The notes beneath the pieces are model-generated. The model searched no databases. It was not told the DNA's origin and saw only the letters and a program-made list of their open reading frames with translations. Below are positions 49,868 to 61,509 of a DNA stretch of 64,000 nucleotides, piece by piece. Every line of letters begins with the position of its first letter. The first letter of the stretch is position 1. This stretch comes from an uncultured Flavobacteriales bacterium (lineage in GTDB: Bacteria > Bacteroidota > Bacteroidia > Flavobacteriales_D > Parvicellaceae), in assembly GCA_913030835.1 (NCBI GenBank), contig CAJWDP010000012.1, forward strand, positions 718-64,717, written 5' to 3'. Both the position numbers and the translations under genes were made by a program.

Positions 49868-50670
49868 TGACAAAAGATGAGTTTCAATCATATTTAACTG
49901 CATTTCGCTTACCTGATCAAAAACACATCACGGTACTGAGAGACTTGGCTGAGGCTCACCCCTACTCCTCAACAATTCAGATGTTATATACCAAAACTCT
50001 GCATACTTCAAAGAGCATTTACTATGAAGACCAATTGCAATCTGCTGCTTTGGTTGCCTCGGACAGAAGAAAGCTGTATCAATTGATCATGTCTCCACCA
50101 TTAGAAACAGCAGTTATACAGAATGCTGAAACAGAATTAATTGTTGCAGATCAGTCGATTGATTCTGCATCAGAACGTACGAATGACGCAGTTGACCAAG
50201 GCATATTGATTGAGGCTATTAACTCAAGTATTCAACAAGAAATTTCAGAGTCCGAACCGGAGAACTATGAGGACCTCGCTAAAGAATTGGTGGAGGAATC
50301 AAAGGAAAAGAATGTACCCGATAACCAAACAGGATCGAAGGAGAATCCATCGCATCAATCGTTCAATGACTGGTTAAATGCAGGATCTTCTGAAAGTAAA
50401 AAGATTGAACCTGAACTGATACAAATTGCCGAGCAACTTGCATCAACTCCGAAAAGGGAAAAGAAACAATTTTTCTCTGCAACTAAAATGGCAGCAAAGA
50501 GTTTGATCGATGAAGGTGAAATTGTGACTGAAACCCTGGCAAAAATTTATGCTGATCAAGGAAATTACGTAAAAGCAATTCAAGCGTACAGAACACTGTG
50601 TTTGAAAATTCCAGAAAAAAGCGTTTTATTTGCAGCCCGTATAAAGGAATTGGAGAAACTAAAAAATTAA
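49867..50670 (+). CDS. Hypothetical protein with an acidic middle region and a TPR-like C-terminus
   Basis: The C-terminal segment IYADQGNYVKAIQAYRTLCLKIPEK resembles a TPR helix pair. The gene is coupled to lptE by ATGA. Confidence 0.45.
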   Translation: MTKDEFQSYLTAFRLPDQKHITVLRDLAEAHPYSSTIQMLYTKTLHTSKSIYYEDQLQSAALVASDRRKLYQLIMSPPLETAVIQNAETELIVADQSIDSASERTNDAVDQGILIEAINSSIQQEISESEPENYEDLAKELVEESKEKNVPDNQTGSKENPSHQSFNDWLNAGSSESKKIEPELIQIAEQLASTPKREKKQFFSATKMAAKSLIDEGEIVTETLAKIYADQGNYVKAIQAYRTLCLKIPEKSVLFAARIKELEKLKN

Positions 50671-50673
50671 CAC

Positions 50674-50961
50674 ATGTTACACTTCTTTATCATCTTAGGT
50701 ATAATTGTAGCCATTTTACTGGTGCTAGTGGTTCTTGTTCAAAACCCTAAAGGCGGTGGGATCGATTCAAGTTTTGGAGCTGTAAATCAGCTGGGAAGTG
50801 TGCGAAAAACCACAGACTTTATCGAGAAAGCAACTTGGACTCTCGCAATTGGACTTGCAGTTGTTTGCCTCGTGTCGGCATCTTTCATATACAGTGCAAG
50901 AGGCGACGCAAACCAATCCGTTGGAGACCAGAGCGTATCAACAGAACAACCGGTTCAGTAA
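50674..50961 (+). CDS. secG: Preprotein translocase subunit SecG
   Basis: The 95-aa protein has two TM helices and the motif LVVLVQNPKGGG. Confidence 0.85.
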   Translation: MLHFFIILGIIVAILLVLVVLVQNPKGGGIDSSFGAVNQLGSVRKTTDFIEKATWTLAIGLAVVCLVSASFIYSARGDANQSVGDQSVSTEQPVQ

Positions 50962-51189
50962 ATCAATCACTTTCAAATTCTGATTGCGATTAATTTCGTT
51001 CATTCAGGTCAGTGTACTTCGGAATTATTACACGCAATTAGAGTGTCAGAGTGTCATTTAGACTGACAAGAAAACGCTGAACTTAAACAGTTGAAAAATC
51101 TGAACTCTGCCATCCAGTCAGAGAATATCATTTGGCACAAATTATGACTACAGCAAGCCTGTTATTATAAACCTCAAATTAATAAGATT

Positions 51190-51471
51190 ATGTCAGTAAA
51201 CGTTAAACCATTAGCGGACAGAGTAATAGTTGAACCATCTGCAGCTGAAGAAAAAACTGCAGGGGGAATCATTATCCCAGACACGGCAAAAGAAAAACCG
51301 AAACAAGGGAAAATCGTTGCTGCCGGCCCCGGAAAGGCAGAAGAACCAATGAGTGTTAAAGTAGGAGATACCGTACTGTACGGTCAATATTCCGGAACAG
51401 AAATTAAAATAAGCGGTGCCGACTTCCTTATTATGAGAGAGTCAGACATCTATGGAATAGTTGAAAACTAA
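51190..51471 (+). CDS. groES: Co-chaperonin GroES
   Basis: The sequence begins [11 protein letters not shown]...[17 protein letters not shown]. Confidence 0.97.
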   Translation: MSVNVKPLADRVIVEPSAAEEKTAGGIIIPDTAKEKPKQGKIVAAGPGKAEEPMSVKVGDTVLYGQYSGTEIKISGADFLIMRESDIYGIVEN

Positions 51472-51483
51472 AATTGAACTTAA

Positions 51484-53139
<1,656 letters not shown>

Positions 53140-53164
53140 TTCTTAGCACCGAATTATTGAACAT

Positions 53165-53196
53165 AAAAAAAGCCATCGAAAAGATGGCTTTTTTTA
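53165..53196. terminator. Bidirectional rho-independent terminator after groEL and the convergent lipoprotein gene
   Basis: The sequence reads A7-GCCATC-GAAAA-GATGGC-T7. Confidence 0.8.
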
Positions 53197-53212
53197 TTGA
53201 ACACATTTTCTA

Positions 53213-53638
53213 TTATTCAATCAATTCATAATGGAAGACCCACTCAATATTGGCCCCATCTGTTCTTTTCAACCAAAGCTCGCGATGCATCAGCTTGGTT
53301 ATTGTCCAATTGGTTGAAGTACTTGATCCATCTTCTGTTTCGATTAATTCCGTTTTATCGTCATTGAACTCCCAGGTTCCTGTTCCCGAATAAGAAAACA
53401 CACCATTGGCACCGCCAATTGCATACGTTCCTTCATAGAAATAACTTTTTTCCATTCCTTCATACAAATCTGCAATGTCTCCTCCGTTATAGGTAGCCAA
53501 AGCCACTCTCCATTTACCATCAACACGGTTCTTTTTTCCCCTTAGGCTAATACTAGGGCCATCTTCATATTTGTTACAAGAAACTCCCCCCAAAACCAAC
53601 GCAAGAGACATTCCGGCAACAATCAATTTTCTTTTCAT
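53213..53638 (-). CDS. Lipocalin-like lipoprotein
   Basis: The lipobox is LGGVSC. Beta-rich segments such as DGKWRV and WTITKLMHRELWL are typical of Bacteroidota lipocalin-like domains. Confidence 0.55.
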   Translation of the reverse strand: MKRKLIVAGMSLALVLGGVSCNKYEDGPSISLRGKKNRVDGKWRVALATYNGGDIADLYEGMEKSYFYEGTYAIGGANGVFSYSGTGTWEFNDDKTELIETEDGSSTSTNWTITKLMHRELWLKRTDGANIEWVFHYELIE

Positions 53639-53739
53639 TTTGTTGTATTTAAATTTTTGCCAAAGATAAACTCAATATATTTTCTTAACCAAATGTTATA
53701 TGATGAGCGGTGACGTAAATATTTAAGTAACTTCATTTT

Positions 53740-55077
53740 GTGAGACCAAAATCCATTCGATCTGTAATCTGGCTGGCTACTTTTGCCCTGATCGCAGTAG
53801 TCATTATGCAATTTTTCTGGATCAATAAATCCATCAACACGCAGATGGAAACGATCAACATTCAGAAAAAGAACATCGAAATAGAAAACCAACAATTTGA
53901 AAACAGGGTTTACATTGCTCTTACTACCGTTCGAGACAAGCTGATCTCATTAAATGACGAAGCCGCAGGTTTTTATTTGGATCCTGTAAAGCAGATCACA
54001 AAAAATTACTTTGTCGTTAGTTTTTACGACACGCTCAGTCACGAATTATTGGAGAGCTTTCTCGTCGAAGAATTTAAACAAAAGCACATACTGGAAGCTT
54101 TTGAATACGGTATTTACGATTGCTTTTCAGATTCGATCATCTACGACAAATACGTGGGTTTAAGCGACGCTACCCAAAATGCTGAAAAGATTTCGGCCAA
54201 ACAGCAAAAGTGGGATCACGACGGGCATTATTTTGGAGTTTATTTTCCAAATAGGATTGACATGGCGCCTTCCGAAGCAAGCAAAATTTCTTACCCGCTT
54301 ACAATTACTTCTATCATCATCGTATTAATTATTGCAATTTTTGCTTATGCCATATCCATTATTTTACGTCAAAAAAGATTATCAGAGATCAGGAATGATT
54401 TCATAAATAACATGACACACGAATTAAAAACCCCTATTTCCACCATAAATATTTCCGCCGATGTATTGCTAAGAAAAGATACACTTGAAAATCCGGAAAG
54501 AATACAGCAATATGCCAAAATAATCAGGGCTGAAAACAATCGATTGGAATCGCAAGTAGAAAAAGTATTGCAGCTGGCAAAGCTCGAAAAAGATCAGATC
54601 CAACTCAATAAATCAATTATTAATCTGCACACTCTAATCAAAGAAGTTTCTGAAACGTTTGAAATTACCATCAACGAGAGAGAGGGCAAACTGAACTTGG
54701 ATCTCTCCGCAATTCAACATGAAATAAATGCCGATCCGATCCATATCACTAATATTTTGGCTTCGCTCTTGGATAATGCCAATAAATATTCACCCGATAA
54801 ACCTCTGATAAATGTTAGAACAAGAAACGACAATGGGAAGCTTTGTCTGATCATAGAAGATCATGGAAAAGGCATTCCTGAATCTGACTTGAAAAACATT
54901 TTTGAAAAATTCTATCGCGTTCCTACTGGAAACGTGCATGATGTTAAGGGGTTTGGCCTGGGTCTTTTTTATGTGAAATCCATTCTTGAAGCACACAATG
55001 GTAGTATTTCAGCAACAAGTGTACCTGCGCATGGATCCACCTTCACCATTACCTTACCTTTGATACAAAGCATATGA
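53740..55077 (+). CDS. Sensor histidine kinase (two TM segments, HisKA, HATPase_c)
   Basis: The H-box is FINNMTHELKTPIS. N, G1 and G2 boxes are present (LLDNANKYS, DHGKGIP, GFGLGL). The start codon is GTG. Confidence 0.9.
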   Translation: MRPKSIRSVIWLATFALIAVVIMQFFWINKSINTQMETINIQKKNIEIENQQFENRVYIALTTVRDKLISLNDEAAGFYLDPVKQITKNYFVVSFYDTLSHELLESFLVEEFKQKHILEAFEYGIYDCFSDSIIYDKYVGLSDATQNAEKISAKQQKWDHDGHYFGVYFPNRIDMAPSEASKISYPLTITSIIIVLIIAIFAYAISIILRQKRLSEIRNDFINNMTHELKTPISTINISADVLLRKDTLENPERIQQYAKIIRAENNRLESQVEKVLQLAKLEKDQIQLNKSIINLHTLIKEVSETFEITINEREGKLNLDLSAIQHEINADPIHITNILASLLDNANKYSPDKPLINVRTRNDNGKLCLIIEDHGKGIPESDLKNIFEKFYRVPTGNVHDVKGFGLGLFYVKSILEAHNGSISATSVPAHGSTFTITLPLIQSI

Positions 55078-55763
55078 ACCAGAACACATCAATCTTATTA
55101 GTTGAAGACGATATGAATCTTGGTTTCGTCATTCAGGACAATCTTAAAATGAATGGATTCCAGGTCCATTTATGTCAGGATGGCAAGGCAGGCCTTAAAG
55201 CATTTGGAGATAACAGCTTCGATCTGTGTCTATTGGATGTTATGCTTCCCAAAAAAGATGGTTTTAGCCTTGCACATGATATACGAAAAATTAATCCGGA
55301 GGTGCCCATCATATTTCTTACTGCAAAAGCCATGCTGGACGACAAAATAAAAGGATTCAATCTAGGTGCTGATGATTATATTACCAAGCCTTTCAACCCT
55401 GAAGAGCTAGTGTTGAGAATTGAAGCCATCCTAAGAAGGTCCTTAGGTTCTGCCAAAAATAATTCTTCAGAATACAGTCTGGGAAGATTTACTTATGATC
55501 CAACCAACTACATTCTCAAACATCCGGAAGGAGATAAGAAGCTTACGAAAAAAGAAGCTGAAATATTGAAATTATTGTGTGATCATAAAGGGAAGGTACT
55601 CGAAAGAGATTTGGTGCTTAATATGGTTTGGGGTGATGACAGCTATTTTAACGGACGATCATTGGATGTATTCATCACGAAGCTCAGAAAATACCTAAAA
55701 ATGGACAGCTCAGTAAAAATCACGAACATACATGGTGTTGGGTTCAAACTGGAATGCGCATAA
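55074..55763 (+). CDS. OmpR/PhoB-family response regulator
   Basis: The receiver domain reads ILLVEDD...LLDVMLPKKDG...LTAK, and a winged-helix C-terminus (VHGVGFKL) follows. The start overlaps the kinase stop. Confidence 0.92.
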   Translation: MNQNTSILLVEDDMNLGFVIQDNLKMNGFQVHLCQDGKAGLKAFGDNSFDLCLLDVMLPKKDGFSLAHDIRKINPEVPIIFLTAKAMLDDKIKGFNLGADDYITKPFNPEELVLRIEAILRRSLGSAKNNSSEYSLGRFTYDPTNYILKHPEGDKKLTKKEAEILKLLCDHKGKVLERDLVLNMVWGDDSYFNGRSLDVFITKLRKYLKMDSSVKITNIHGVGFKLECA

Positions 55764-55765
55764 AA

Positions 55766-55795
55766 AAAGCCTTTCTGAATTTTCAGAAAGGCTTT
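55766..55795. terminator. Bidirectional terminator between the response regulator gene and ahcY
   Basis: The stem AAAGCCTTTCTGA/TCAGAAAGGCTTT is preceded by A7, which gives T7 for the minus-strand ahcY transcript. Confidence 0.75.
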
Positions 55796-55814
55796 ATAAA
55801 CTATTCCTAATCAA

Positions 55815-57143
55815 TTAGTACCTATAGTGTTCTGGCTTATATGGGCCTTCAACTTTCACTCCGATATAATCGGCCTGTTCTTGCGAAAGAACTTCCAGCT
55901 CCACACCAATTTTTGCTAAGTGCAACTGAGCGACCTTTTCATCCAAGTGCTTAGGCAACATGTATACGTCATTGTCATAATTCTCAGAGTTCTTCCAAAG
56001 CTCAATTTGCGCCAACGTTTGATTCGTAAATGAGTTACTCATCACAAATGAGGGATGACCCGTTGCGCAACCTAAATTCACCAATCGTCCTTCGGCTAGC
56101 AAAATGATGTCATTTCCATTCACGTTGTATAAATCAACCTGAGGCTTTATTTCAACTTTAGTCGAACCATGGTTATCATTTAACCAGGCAACATCGATTT
56201 CATTATCAAAATGACCAATGTTACAAACAATTGTTTTGTCTGACATCGCCTCAAAATGTTTGCCTACAATGATGTCTTTGTTCCCAGTGGTAGTAACAAC
56301 AATGTCCGCCTCTTTAACTGCATTGTCCATCGTTTTTACAGCAAAACCATCCATTGCTGCCTGAAGAGCACAAATTGGATCAATTTCGGTTACAATCACT
56401 CTTGCACCTGCTCCCCTTAGGGATGCTGCAGAACCTTTTCCAACATCACCATAACCAGCAACAACTGCGACCTTACCTGCCATCATCGTATCTGTTGCTC
56501 TTCTGATCGCATCAACTAACGATTCTTTACATCCGTATTTGTTGTCAAACTTAGATTTAGTAACCGAATCATTAACATTAATTGCAGGCATTACCAACGT
56601 GCCGTTTTTCACTCTTTCATAAAGTCTATGCACTCCTGTAGTAGTTTCTTCAGACAGGCCTTTTATTCCCGCACATAGCTCAGGGTATTGATCGAAAACC
56701 ATATTGGTTAGGTCTCCCCCATCATCCAAAATCATGTTTAACGGCTTTCCTCCTTCAAACCCAAAAATGGTTTGTTCGATACACCAGTCAAACTCTTCCT
56801 CATTCATACCTTTCCAGGCATAAACAGGAACTCCCGCTGCAGCAATGGCCGCAGCCGCTTGATCTTGTGTTGAGAAAATATTGCACGAAGACCAGGTTAC
56901 CTCAGCTCCTAGTGCAGTTAGCGTTTCAATTAAAACAGCTGTTTGAATTGTCATATGCAAACAACCTGCGATTCTAGCTCCTGCAAGTGGTTTGGAATCG
57001 CCATACTCTTCTCGCAAGGACATTAGACCTGGCATTTCAGCCTCAGCCAATCTGATCTCTTTTCGTCCCCATTCAGCCAATGAGATATCTTTGACTTTGT
57101 AGGGTAATTTTTTCGTTTCGCTCATTTCGATACTATTTGTCAT
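55815..57143 (-). CDS. ahcY: Adenosylhomocysteinase
   Basis: [26 protein letters not shown] and the NAD-binding GYGDVGKG are present. The protein is 442 aa. Confidence 0.97.
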   Translation of the reverse strand: MTNSIEMSETKKLPYKVKDISLAEWGRKEIRLAEAEMPGLMSLREEYGDSKPLAGARIAGCLHMTIQTAVLIETLTALGAEVTWSSCNIFSTQDQAAAAIAAAGVPVYAWKGMNEEEFDWCIEQTIFGFEGGKPLNMILDDGGDLTNMVFDQYPELCAGIKGLSEETTTGVHRLYERVKNGTLVMPAINVNDSVTKSKFDNKYGCKESLVDAIRRATDTMMAGKVAVVAGYGDVGKGSAASLRGAGARVIVTEIDPICALQAAMDGFAVKTMDNAVKEADIVVTTTGNKDIIVGKHFEAMSDKTIVCNIGHFDNEIDVAWLNDNHGSTKVEIKPQVDLYNVNGNDIILLAEGRLVNLGCATGHPSFVMSNSFTNQTLAQIELWKNSENYDNDVYMLPKHLDEKVAQLHLAKIGVELEVLSQEQADYIGVKVEGPYKPEHYRY

Positions 57144-57205
57144 CTTTTATTGATTAAATACGGGTCAATAATGAATTAAAAGTCCAATTCTTATTTTACA
57201 CCGTG

Positions 57206-57213
57206 CAAAAGTA
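57206..57213 (-). promoter_or_regulatory. Candidate -7 box (TACTTTTG on the minus strand) for ahcY
   Basis: The plus strand reads CAAAAGTA at 57206-57213, 62 nt upstream of the start. Confidence 0.3.
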
Positions 57214-57302
57214 CAACTAAACGCGCTATTTGTCAATGAAACTTGTAAAAAGCCGATAGAAGGAAATCGGGATTGTACCCAAATTGTTTGAAATAGGTTT
57301 AT

Positions 57303-58316
57303 CTATTCTTTGAAAATAAACCTTCCGGAAGTATTGATGTACCCTTTGATACCGGTTGAGAAATCCCCTATTCTGACCAATGCCAAACCATTTTTAAAAT
57401 CAGCAGACTTAGCAAACTGCCGAGCAATTACCATCTTCCCTTCCTTATTGATAAACCCCCAACGAGCCATAGAACCTTTCCCTTGTGAAACACAAGCCAG
57501 ACCATCACTAAAATGGTAAGCACCGTCAAATTTGAATGGAACCACCAAAGTTCCGTTCTTATCAATGTATCCAAACTTACCATCGTTAAAACCACCTTTG
57601 CGAACCAATGCACGTCCTTCTGAAAATGGGAATGCCTTATCAAATTGTGGCTCTATCACTACCTTTCCATTCAGATCTATGTACCCCCATTTTCCGGTTC
57701 TTTCATCGCCTTTTCTAAAATTGGCCATTCCCTCATGAAAGTCCCAAGCCATATCAAATTTAGGTTGAATAACCAGCACTCCCTTTTTGTCTATATATCC
57801 CCATTTATTTCCTTTTTTCACTCGGGCAATTCCATCATGAAAATCATAGGCAGATGAAAAATTAGGTTGAATCACGATCTTGCCAGAAGCATCTACAAAT
57901 CCCAACTTGCCGGCTTTTTGAAATCGAGCCAGACCATCGCGCATCTCATTCGCAAAGGAACATTCCAGCTGAAATTTTACTATACCCTTGCTATCAACAA
58001 ACATCCATTTACCTTCCGAGTCCCTAACCGCAGCAAGTCCTTCGCTGAACATTGTTCCTCTCTTGTATTTTGCTTCAACTACGAGAACCCCCTTTGTATT
58101 GATGTAGCCAATGAACTTATTCAATTTGACCTTTGCTAAACCTTCACTGAATTCAAAAGCTCTTTCATATTTTGGTTTGATCTTGACTATACCTGACTTG
58201 TCAATATATCCGTACTTTCCATCGACCCTCACCGGGAAAAGCTCTTGCCCCCAGCAGGTAAATTGAATAAATATCAGAAGTGATAAAACAGTAATTCTAA
58301 AGCCGATTTGTATCAT
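57303..58316 (-). CDS. WG-repeat (KWG) containing secreted protein
   Basis: A signal peptide is followed by about ten repeats of the form GKWGYIDKKGxxVIxPxFDxAxxFxEGxA. Confidence 0.8.
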   Translation of the reverse strand: MIQIGFRITVLSLLIFIQFTCWGQELFPVRVDGKYGYIDKSGIVKIKPKYERAFEFSEGLAKVKLNKFIGYINTKGVLVVEAKYKRGTMFSEGLAAVRDSEGKWMFVDSKGIVKFQLECSFANEMRDGLARFQKAGKLGFVDASGKIVIQPNFSSAYDFHDGIARVKKGNKWGYIDKKGVLVIQPKFDMAWDFHEGMANFRKGDERTGKWGYIDLNGKVVIEPQFDKAFPFSEGRALVRKGGFNDGKFGYIDKNGTLVVPFKFDGAYHFSDGLACVSQGKGSMARWGFINKEGKMVIARQFAKSADFKNGLALVRIGDFSTGIKGYINTSGRFIFKE

Positions 58317-58384
58317 GGTTTCTGCTTAGTTTGGTTGCCTAATTTAAAAAAAATAATTTCGCATTTGTTCAGCTAACAAAAGAA

Positions 58385-59014
58385 GTGCCACTAATCAGAA
58401 AAGAAACAATAGATCAACACACTATACTCTGCGTATGGAGATGTTCTGAATCGATCGAAGAGCTGCAGCCAAAAGCAGTGCTGGACGACGAAGATTTGGA
58501 AAGATTAAACGGGTTTCTAAACCTTAAGAGAAGGATCCACTTCCTGACCGTTCGGATTATGTGTAAAGAAGTGACAGGTTCTTCAAAAATCCTGTACAAC
58601 CAGGAAGGGAAACCAACTTTGGACCAAAAAGATTGTCAGATTTCTATTTCCCACAGCCATGATTTCGTGGCGGTTTTGTTTGGTGATAGCTCAAAAATTG
58701 GCATCGACATACAACGAATTGAGCCGAAAGTCCTCAGAATCCAAGATCGCTTCATGAATCCCCACGAAAAGCAGCTTATAGAGGTCAACAATATTGAACA
58801 GCTAACCATTTTTTGGTCTGCCAAGGAGAGCATTTATAAAATACATGGCGATCCATCTGTATTTTTTTTACAACACATTGATATTCATGTGGACCAAGGA
58901 TTTCAATCACCGAATTTAACCGCACGGATAAATCACCAGTTATATTCTGAGATTCATCATCTTAAGTTCGAAATATTGGAAAATTATGTTTTAGTTTACA
59001 CCGTGGTTGAATAA
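58385..59014 (+). CDS. 4'-phosphopantetheinyl transferase (Sfp-type superfamily)
   Basis: ISISHSHDFVAVLF and GIDIQRIE plus WSAKESIYK are present. The start codon is GTG. Confidence 0.75.
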   Translation: MPLIRKETIDQHTILCVWRCSESIEELQPKAVLDDEDLERLNGFLNLKRRIHFLTVRIMCKEVTGSSKILYNQEGKPTLDQKDCQISISHSHDFVAVLFGDSSKIGIDIQRIEPKVLRIQDRFMNPHEKQLIEVNNIEQLTIFWSAKESIYKIHGDPSVFFLQHIDIHVDQGFQSPNLTARINHQLYSEIHHLKFEILENYVLVYTVVE

Positions 59015-59020
59015 TGGTTT

Positions 59021-59737
59021 ATGGAATTAAACAAAACTGATCGAAAACTCGCTATTTTAATCGACCCTGACAAATGGTCTTCAACAGACCAAATGAGCGA
59101 TTTGGTCCACGGCCTAAACCATTCAAATGTAGACCTCATTTTGGTCGGGGGCAGCTTAATAACCAACAACCTTTTTGATAAAACGATCCAGTACCTCAAG
59201 CTTCATTTGAACATCCCCGTGATTATTTTTCCCGGCAATGGTCTTCAAGTGTCAGCGAAAGCAGATGGCATTTTATTATTATCTCTGATATCCGGTCGTA
59301 ACCCCGAATTTCTGATTGGTCAGCATGTTTTGGCAGCCCCACGTATCGCCAGCTCAGGCATTTCCGTTTTGCCAACGGGTTATTTGCTAATAGACGGAGG
59401 GAAACCAACGGGAGCATCATACATGAGTGCGACAATGCCAATACCACTAGATCAATCCAGGATTGCTGCATGCACGGCCTTAGCCGGAGAACAGCTTGGC
59501 ATGAAAGCTATTTACCTTGATTGTGGGAGCGGTGCTAACAATAGTGTGTCAATAGAAATGATAGAGACTGTATCTAAGTGTATAAAAATTCCGTTAATTG
59601 TGGGTGGAGGAATACGCACAGCAAGTGATGTAGTGGAAAAATGGAATGCAGGAGCAAACATTGTTGTCGTAGGAACCGCAATTGAAAAAGACTTAAACTT
59701 ACTGAACAACTTTGCCGGACTAAAAGAAGAGATATGA
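59021..59737 (+). CDS. Geranylgeranylglyceryl/heptaprenylglyceryl phosphate synthase family protein (GGGPS/PcrB)
   Basis: The TIM-barrel family pattern is present: ILIDPDK, VDLILVGGS, YLDCGSGA and IVGGGIRT. Confidence 0.8.
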   Translation: MELNKTDRKLAILIDPDKWSSTDQMSDLVHGLNHSNVDLILVGGSLITNNLFDKTIQYLKLHLNIPVIIFPGNGLQVSAKADGILLLSLISGRNPEFLIGQHVLAAPRIASSGISVLPTGYLLIDGGKPTGASYMSATMPIPLDQSRIAACTALAGEQLGMKAIYLDCGSGANNSVSIEMIETVSKCIKIPLIVGGGIRTASDVVEKWNAGANIVVVGTAIEKDLNLLNNFAGLKEEI

Positions 59738-60378
59738 GAGTTGTTGTTTTTTCGTCAGCAGATAAATCACGAAGTGAAGTGAACGACGTGATCCGAATGT
59801 TTGACAACGGTCTGGAATGTTTTCATCTAAGAAAGCCAAAATTCAGAAGGAAAGAACTAGAAAAATACATTTTGGCCATTCCTAGTGAATATCGAGACCG
59901 GATTATACTCCACACACACCACCAGCTAGCTTCAATTTATGGATTAAAGGGAGTACACCATACAAGGGCGCACAGAAAAAAGAAGTGGAAACGCTTCATT
60001 GAAGTTAAGTTTTCAAAAATCTCCAGAAAGAATTTAATGTATACCCGATCGTATCATTCATTGTCGGATTTCACCAACAATTTGAAAGTTTACGATTACA
60101 TATTTTTGAGTCCGGTATTTGACAGCATATCCAAAAGCTCCCACAAGAGCTCATTTAAGAAGGGTGACATCACCCAGGTACTGAAATCCAGCAAGCTTAA
60201 AATATATGCCCTGGGAGGTATCAATCCGGAAACGGCCGAAAAAGCATTCAGAATGGGTTTTGACGGTATCGCGGTGCTGGGTTACATTTGGGAGGCGAAG
60301 CAGAACCCAGTTGACGCCTTTCTCAAGATTAAAGACAAGATCAAAACGCTTGAGCAGAAAATGTCTGTAGCTGTATAG
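59734..60378 (+). CDS. Thiamine-phosphate synthase family (TMP-TENI) paralogue outside the thi operon
   Basis: FHLRKP, YIFLSPVFDSISK and ALGGINPETA segments are typical of ThiE/TenI-fold proteins. The start overlaps the GGGPS stop (ATGA). Confidence 0.6.
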   Translation: MRVVVFSSADKSRSEVNDVIRMFDNGLECFHLRKPKFRRKELEKYILAIPSEYRDRIILHTHHQLASIYGLKGVHHTRAHRKKKWKRFIEVKFSKISRKNLMYTRSYHSLSDFTNNLKVYDYIFLSPVFDSISKSSHKSSFKKGDITQVLKSSKLKIYALGGINPETAEKAFRMGFDGIAVLGYIWEAKQNPVDAFLKIKDKIKTLEQKMSVAV

Positions 60379-60399
60379 ACTAGTTGCAAGAATAATAAC

Positions 60400-61509
60400 T
60401 TATTGGAGTCCCAAGTCCCAGTCTTTAAAAACGGGCTCGTATCCTTGCTCCTCAATTACCTTAGAAAATTCTTTTGTATCTCGCTTATCATCTATTTCAA
60501 ATTGCTCAAGATTTTCTTTTGGGTTAGCATATCCCCCAGGGTCAGTTTTAGAGTCCGCAGAAATCGAGGTGATTCCAAGCTTTATTATGTTGTCCCTGAA
60601 CGAGGCCGATTCTCTGGTAGACATGGATAGCTCTAGCTCTTCATTGAACAATCTGTAGGCACAAATAAGCTGTACCAGTTGCCGATCAGAAATTGCAGAT
60701 TTGACACTATTACCTCCAGCACACGGCCTCAAACGCGGAAACGAAACGGAATATTTGGTCTTCCAATACGTTCTTTCCAGATATTGAAGATGCGTAGCAT
60801 TGAAAACGGAATCAATACGCCAATCTTCCAAACCAATCAGTACGCCCAAACCCATTTTATGAATACCGGCCTTTCCAAGTCGATCATGTGTTTCGACGCG
60901 AAACCTAAAATTTGACTTCTTGCCCTTGGGGTGATGCAATTTGTAGTTTTTTTCATGATAGGTTTCCTGATAGACCAATACAGTATTCAAGCCTTCTTGA
61001 ATGAGCTCCTGATACTCATTCCGATAAAGGGGTTGTACCTCCAATGAAATATGTGAAAAATACGGCTTTAACAATCGAATCGCATTCTTAAAGTAGTCTG
61101 TTCCAACTTCTTTGTTGGCTTCACCGGTTACAATCAGCACATGATCATAGCCCATTTGTTTTATTGTCTCAGCTTCTTTAACAATTTCCTGATCGGACAG
61201 TGTCTTTCTTGGAATTTTAACGTCCAAACTAAATCCGCAATACGTGCAAATGTTCTGACATTCATTTGAAAGATACATCGGGATATAGAGCTGAATGGTT
61301 TTCCCGAAACGCTTTTGTGTTTTTAACTGACTGATTCGAGCCATCTCCTCCAAATAAGGCTCCGCAGCAGGTGAAACCAATGCTTTAAAGTCCTCCAGGT
61401 CACAAGACTCTTTTGACAGGGCCAATTCTACGTCACTTTTGGACTTTGCGTAAATTGAAGCTCCCAGCTCATCCCAGCTCAGCTGTGCTATATGGTCGTA
61501 GAACGTCAT
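60400..61509 (-). CDS. thiH: 2-iminoacetate synthase ThiH (radical SAM)
   Basis: The radical-SAM motif is [10 protein letters not shown]. The protein is 369 aa and the gene follows thiG. Confidence 0.88.
   Translation of the reverse strand: MTFYDHIAQLSWDELGASIYAKSKSDVELALSKESCDLEDFKALVSPAAEPYLEEMARISQLKTQKRFGKTIQLYIPMYLSNECQNICTYCGFSLDVKIPRKTLSDQEIVKEAETIKQMGYDHVLIVTGEANKEVGTDYFKNAIRLLKPYFSHISLEVQPLYRNEYQELIQEGLNTVLVYQETYHEKNYKLHHPKGKKSNFRFRVETHDRLGKAGIHKMGLGVLIGLEDWRIDSVFNATHLQYLERTYWKTKYSVSFPRLRPCAGGNSVKSAISDRQLVQLICAYRLFNEELELSMSTRESASFRDNIIKLGITSISADSKTDPGGYANPKENLEQFEIDDKRDTKEFSKVIEEQGYEPVFKDWDLGLQ

Noticed and set aside
51036-51070. Possible CIRCE/HrcA operator (TTAGAGTG...)
   Set aside because: Only a partial resemblance to one half-site exists. 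There is no 9-bp inverted repeat with a 9-nt spacer. The repeats are reported as an unexplained motif instead.
51132-51146. Sigma-54-like TGGCAC element upstream of groES
   Set aside because: TGGCAC is present, but the -12 position reads TGA instead of TTGC/GC at the required spacing. groES is also not an expected sigma-54 target.
57144-57302. SAH riboswitch in front of ahcY
   Set aside because: The region is AT-rich with no GC-rich pseudoknot or hairpin structure. Only a plausible -7 box was found.
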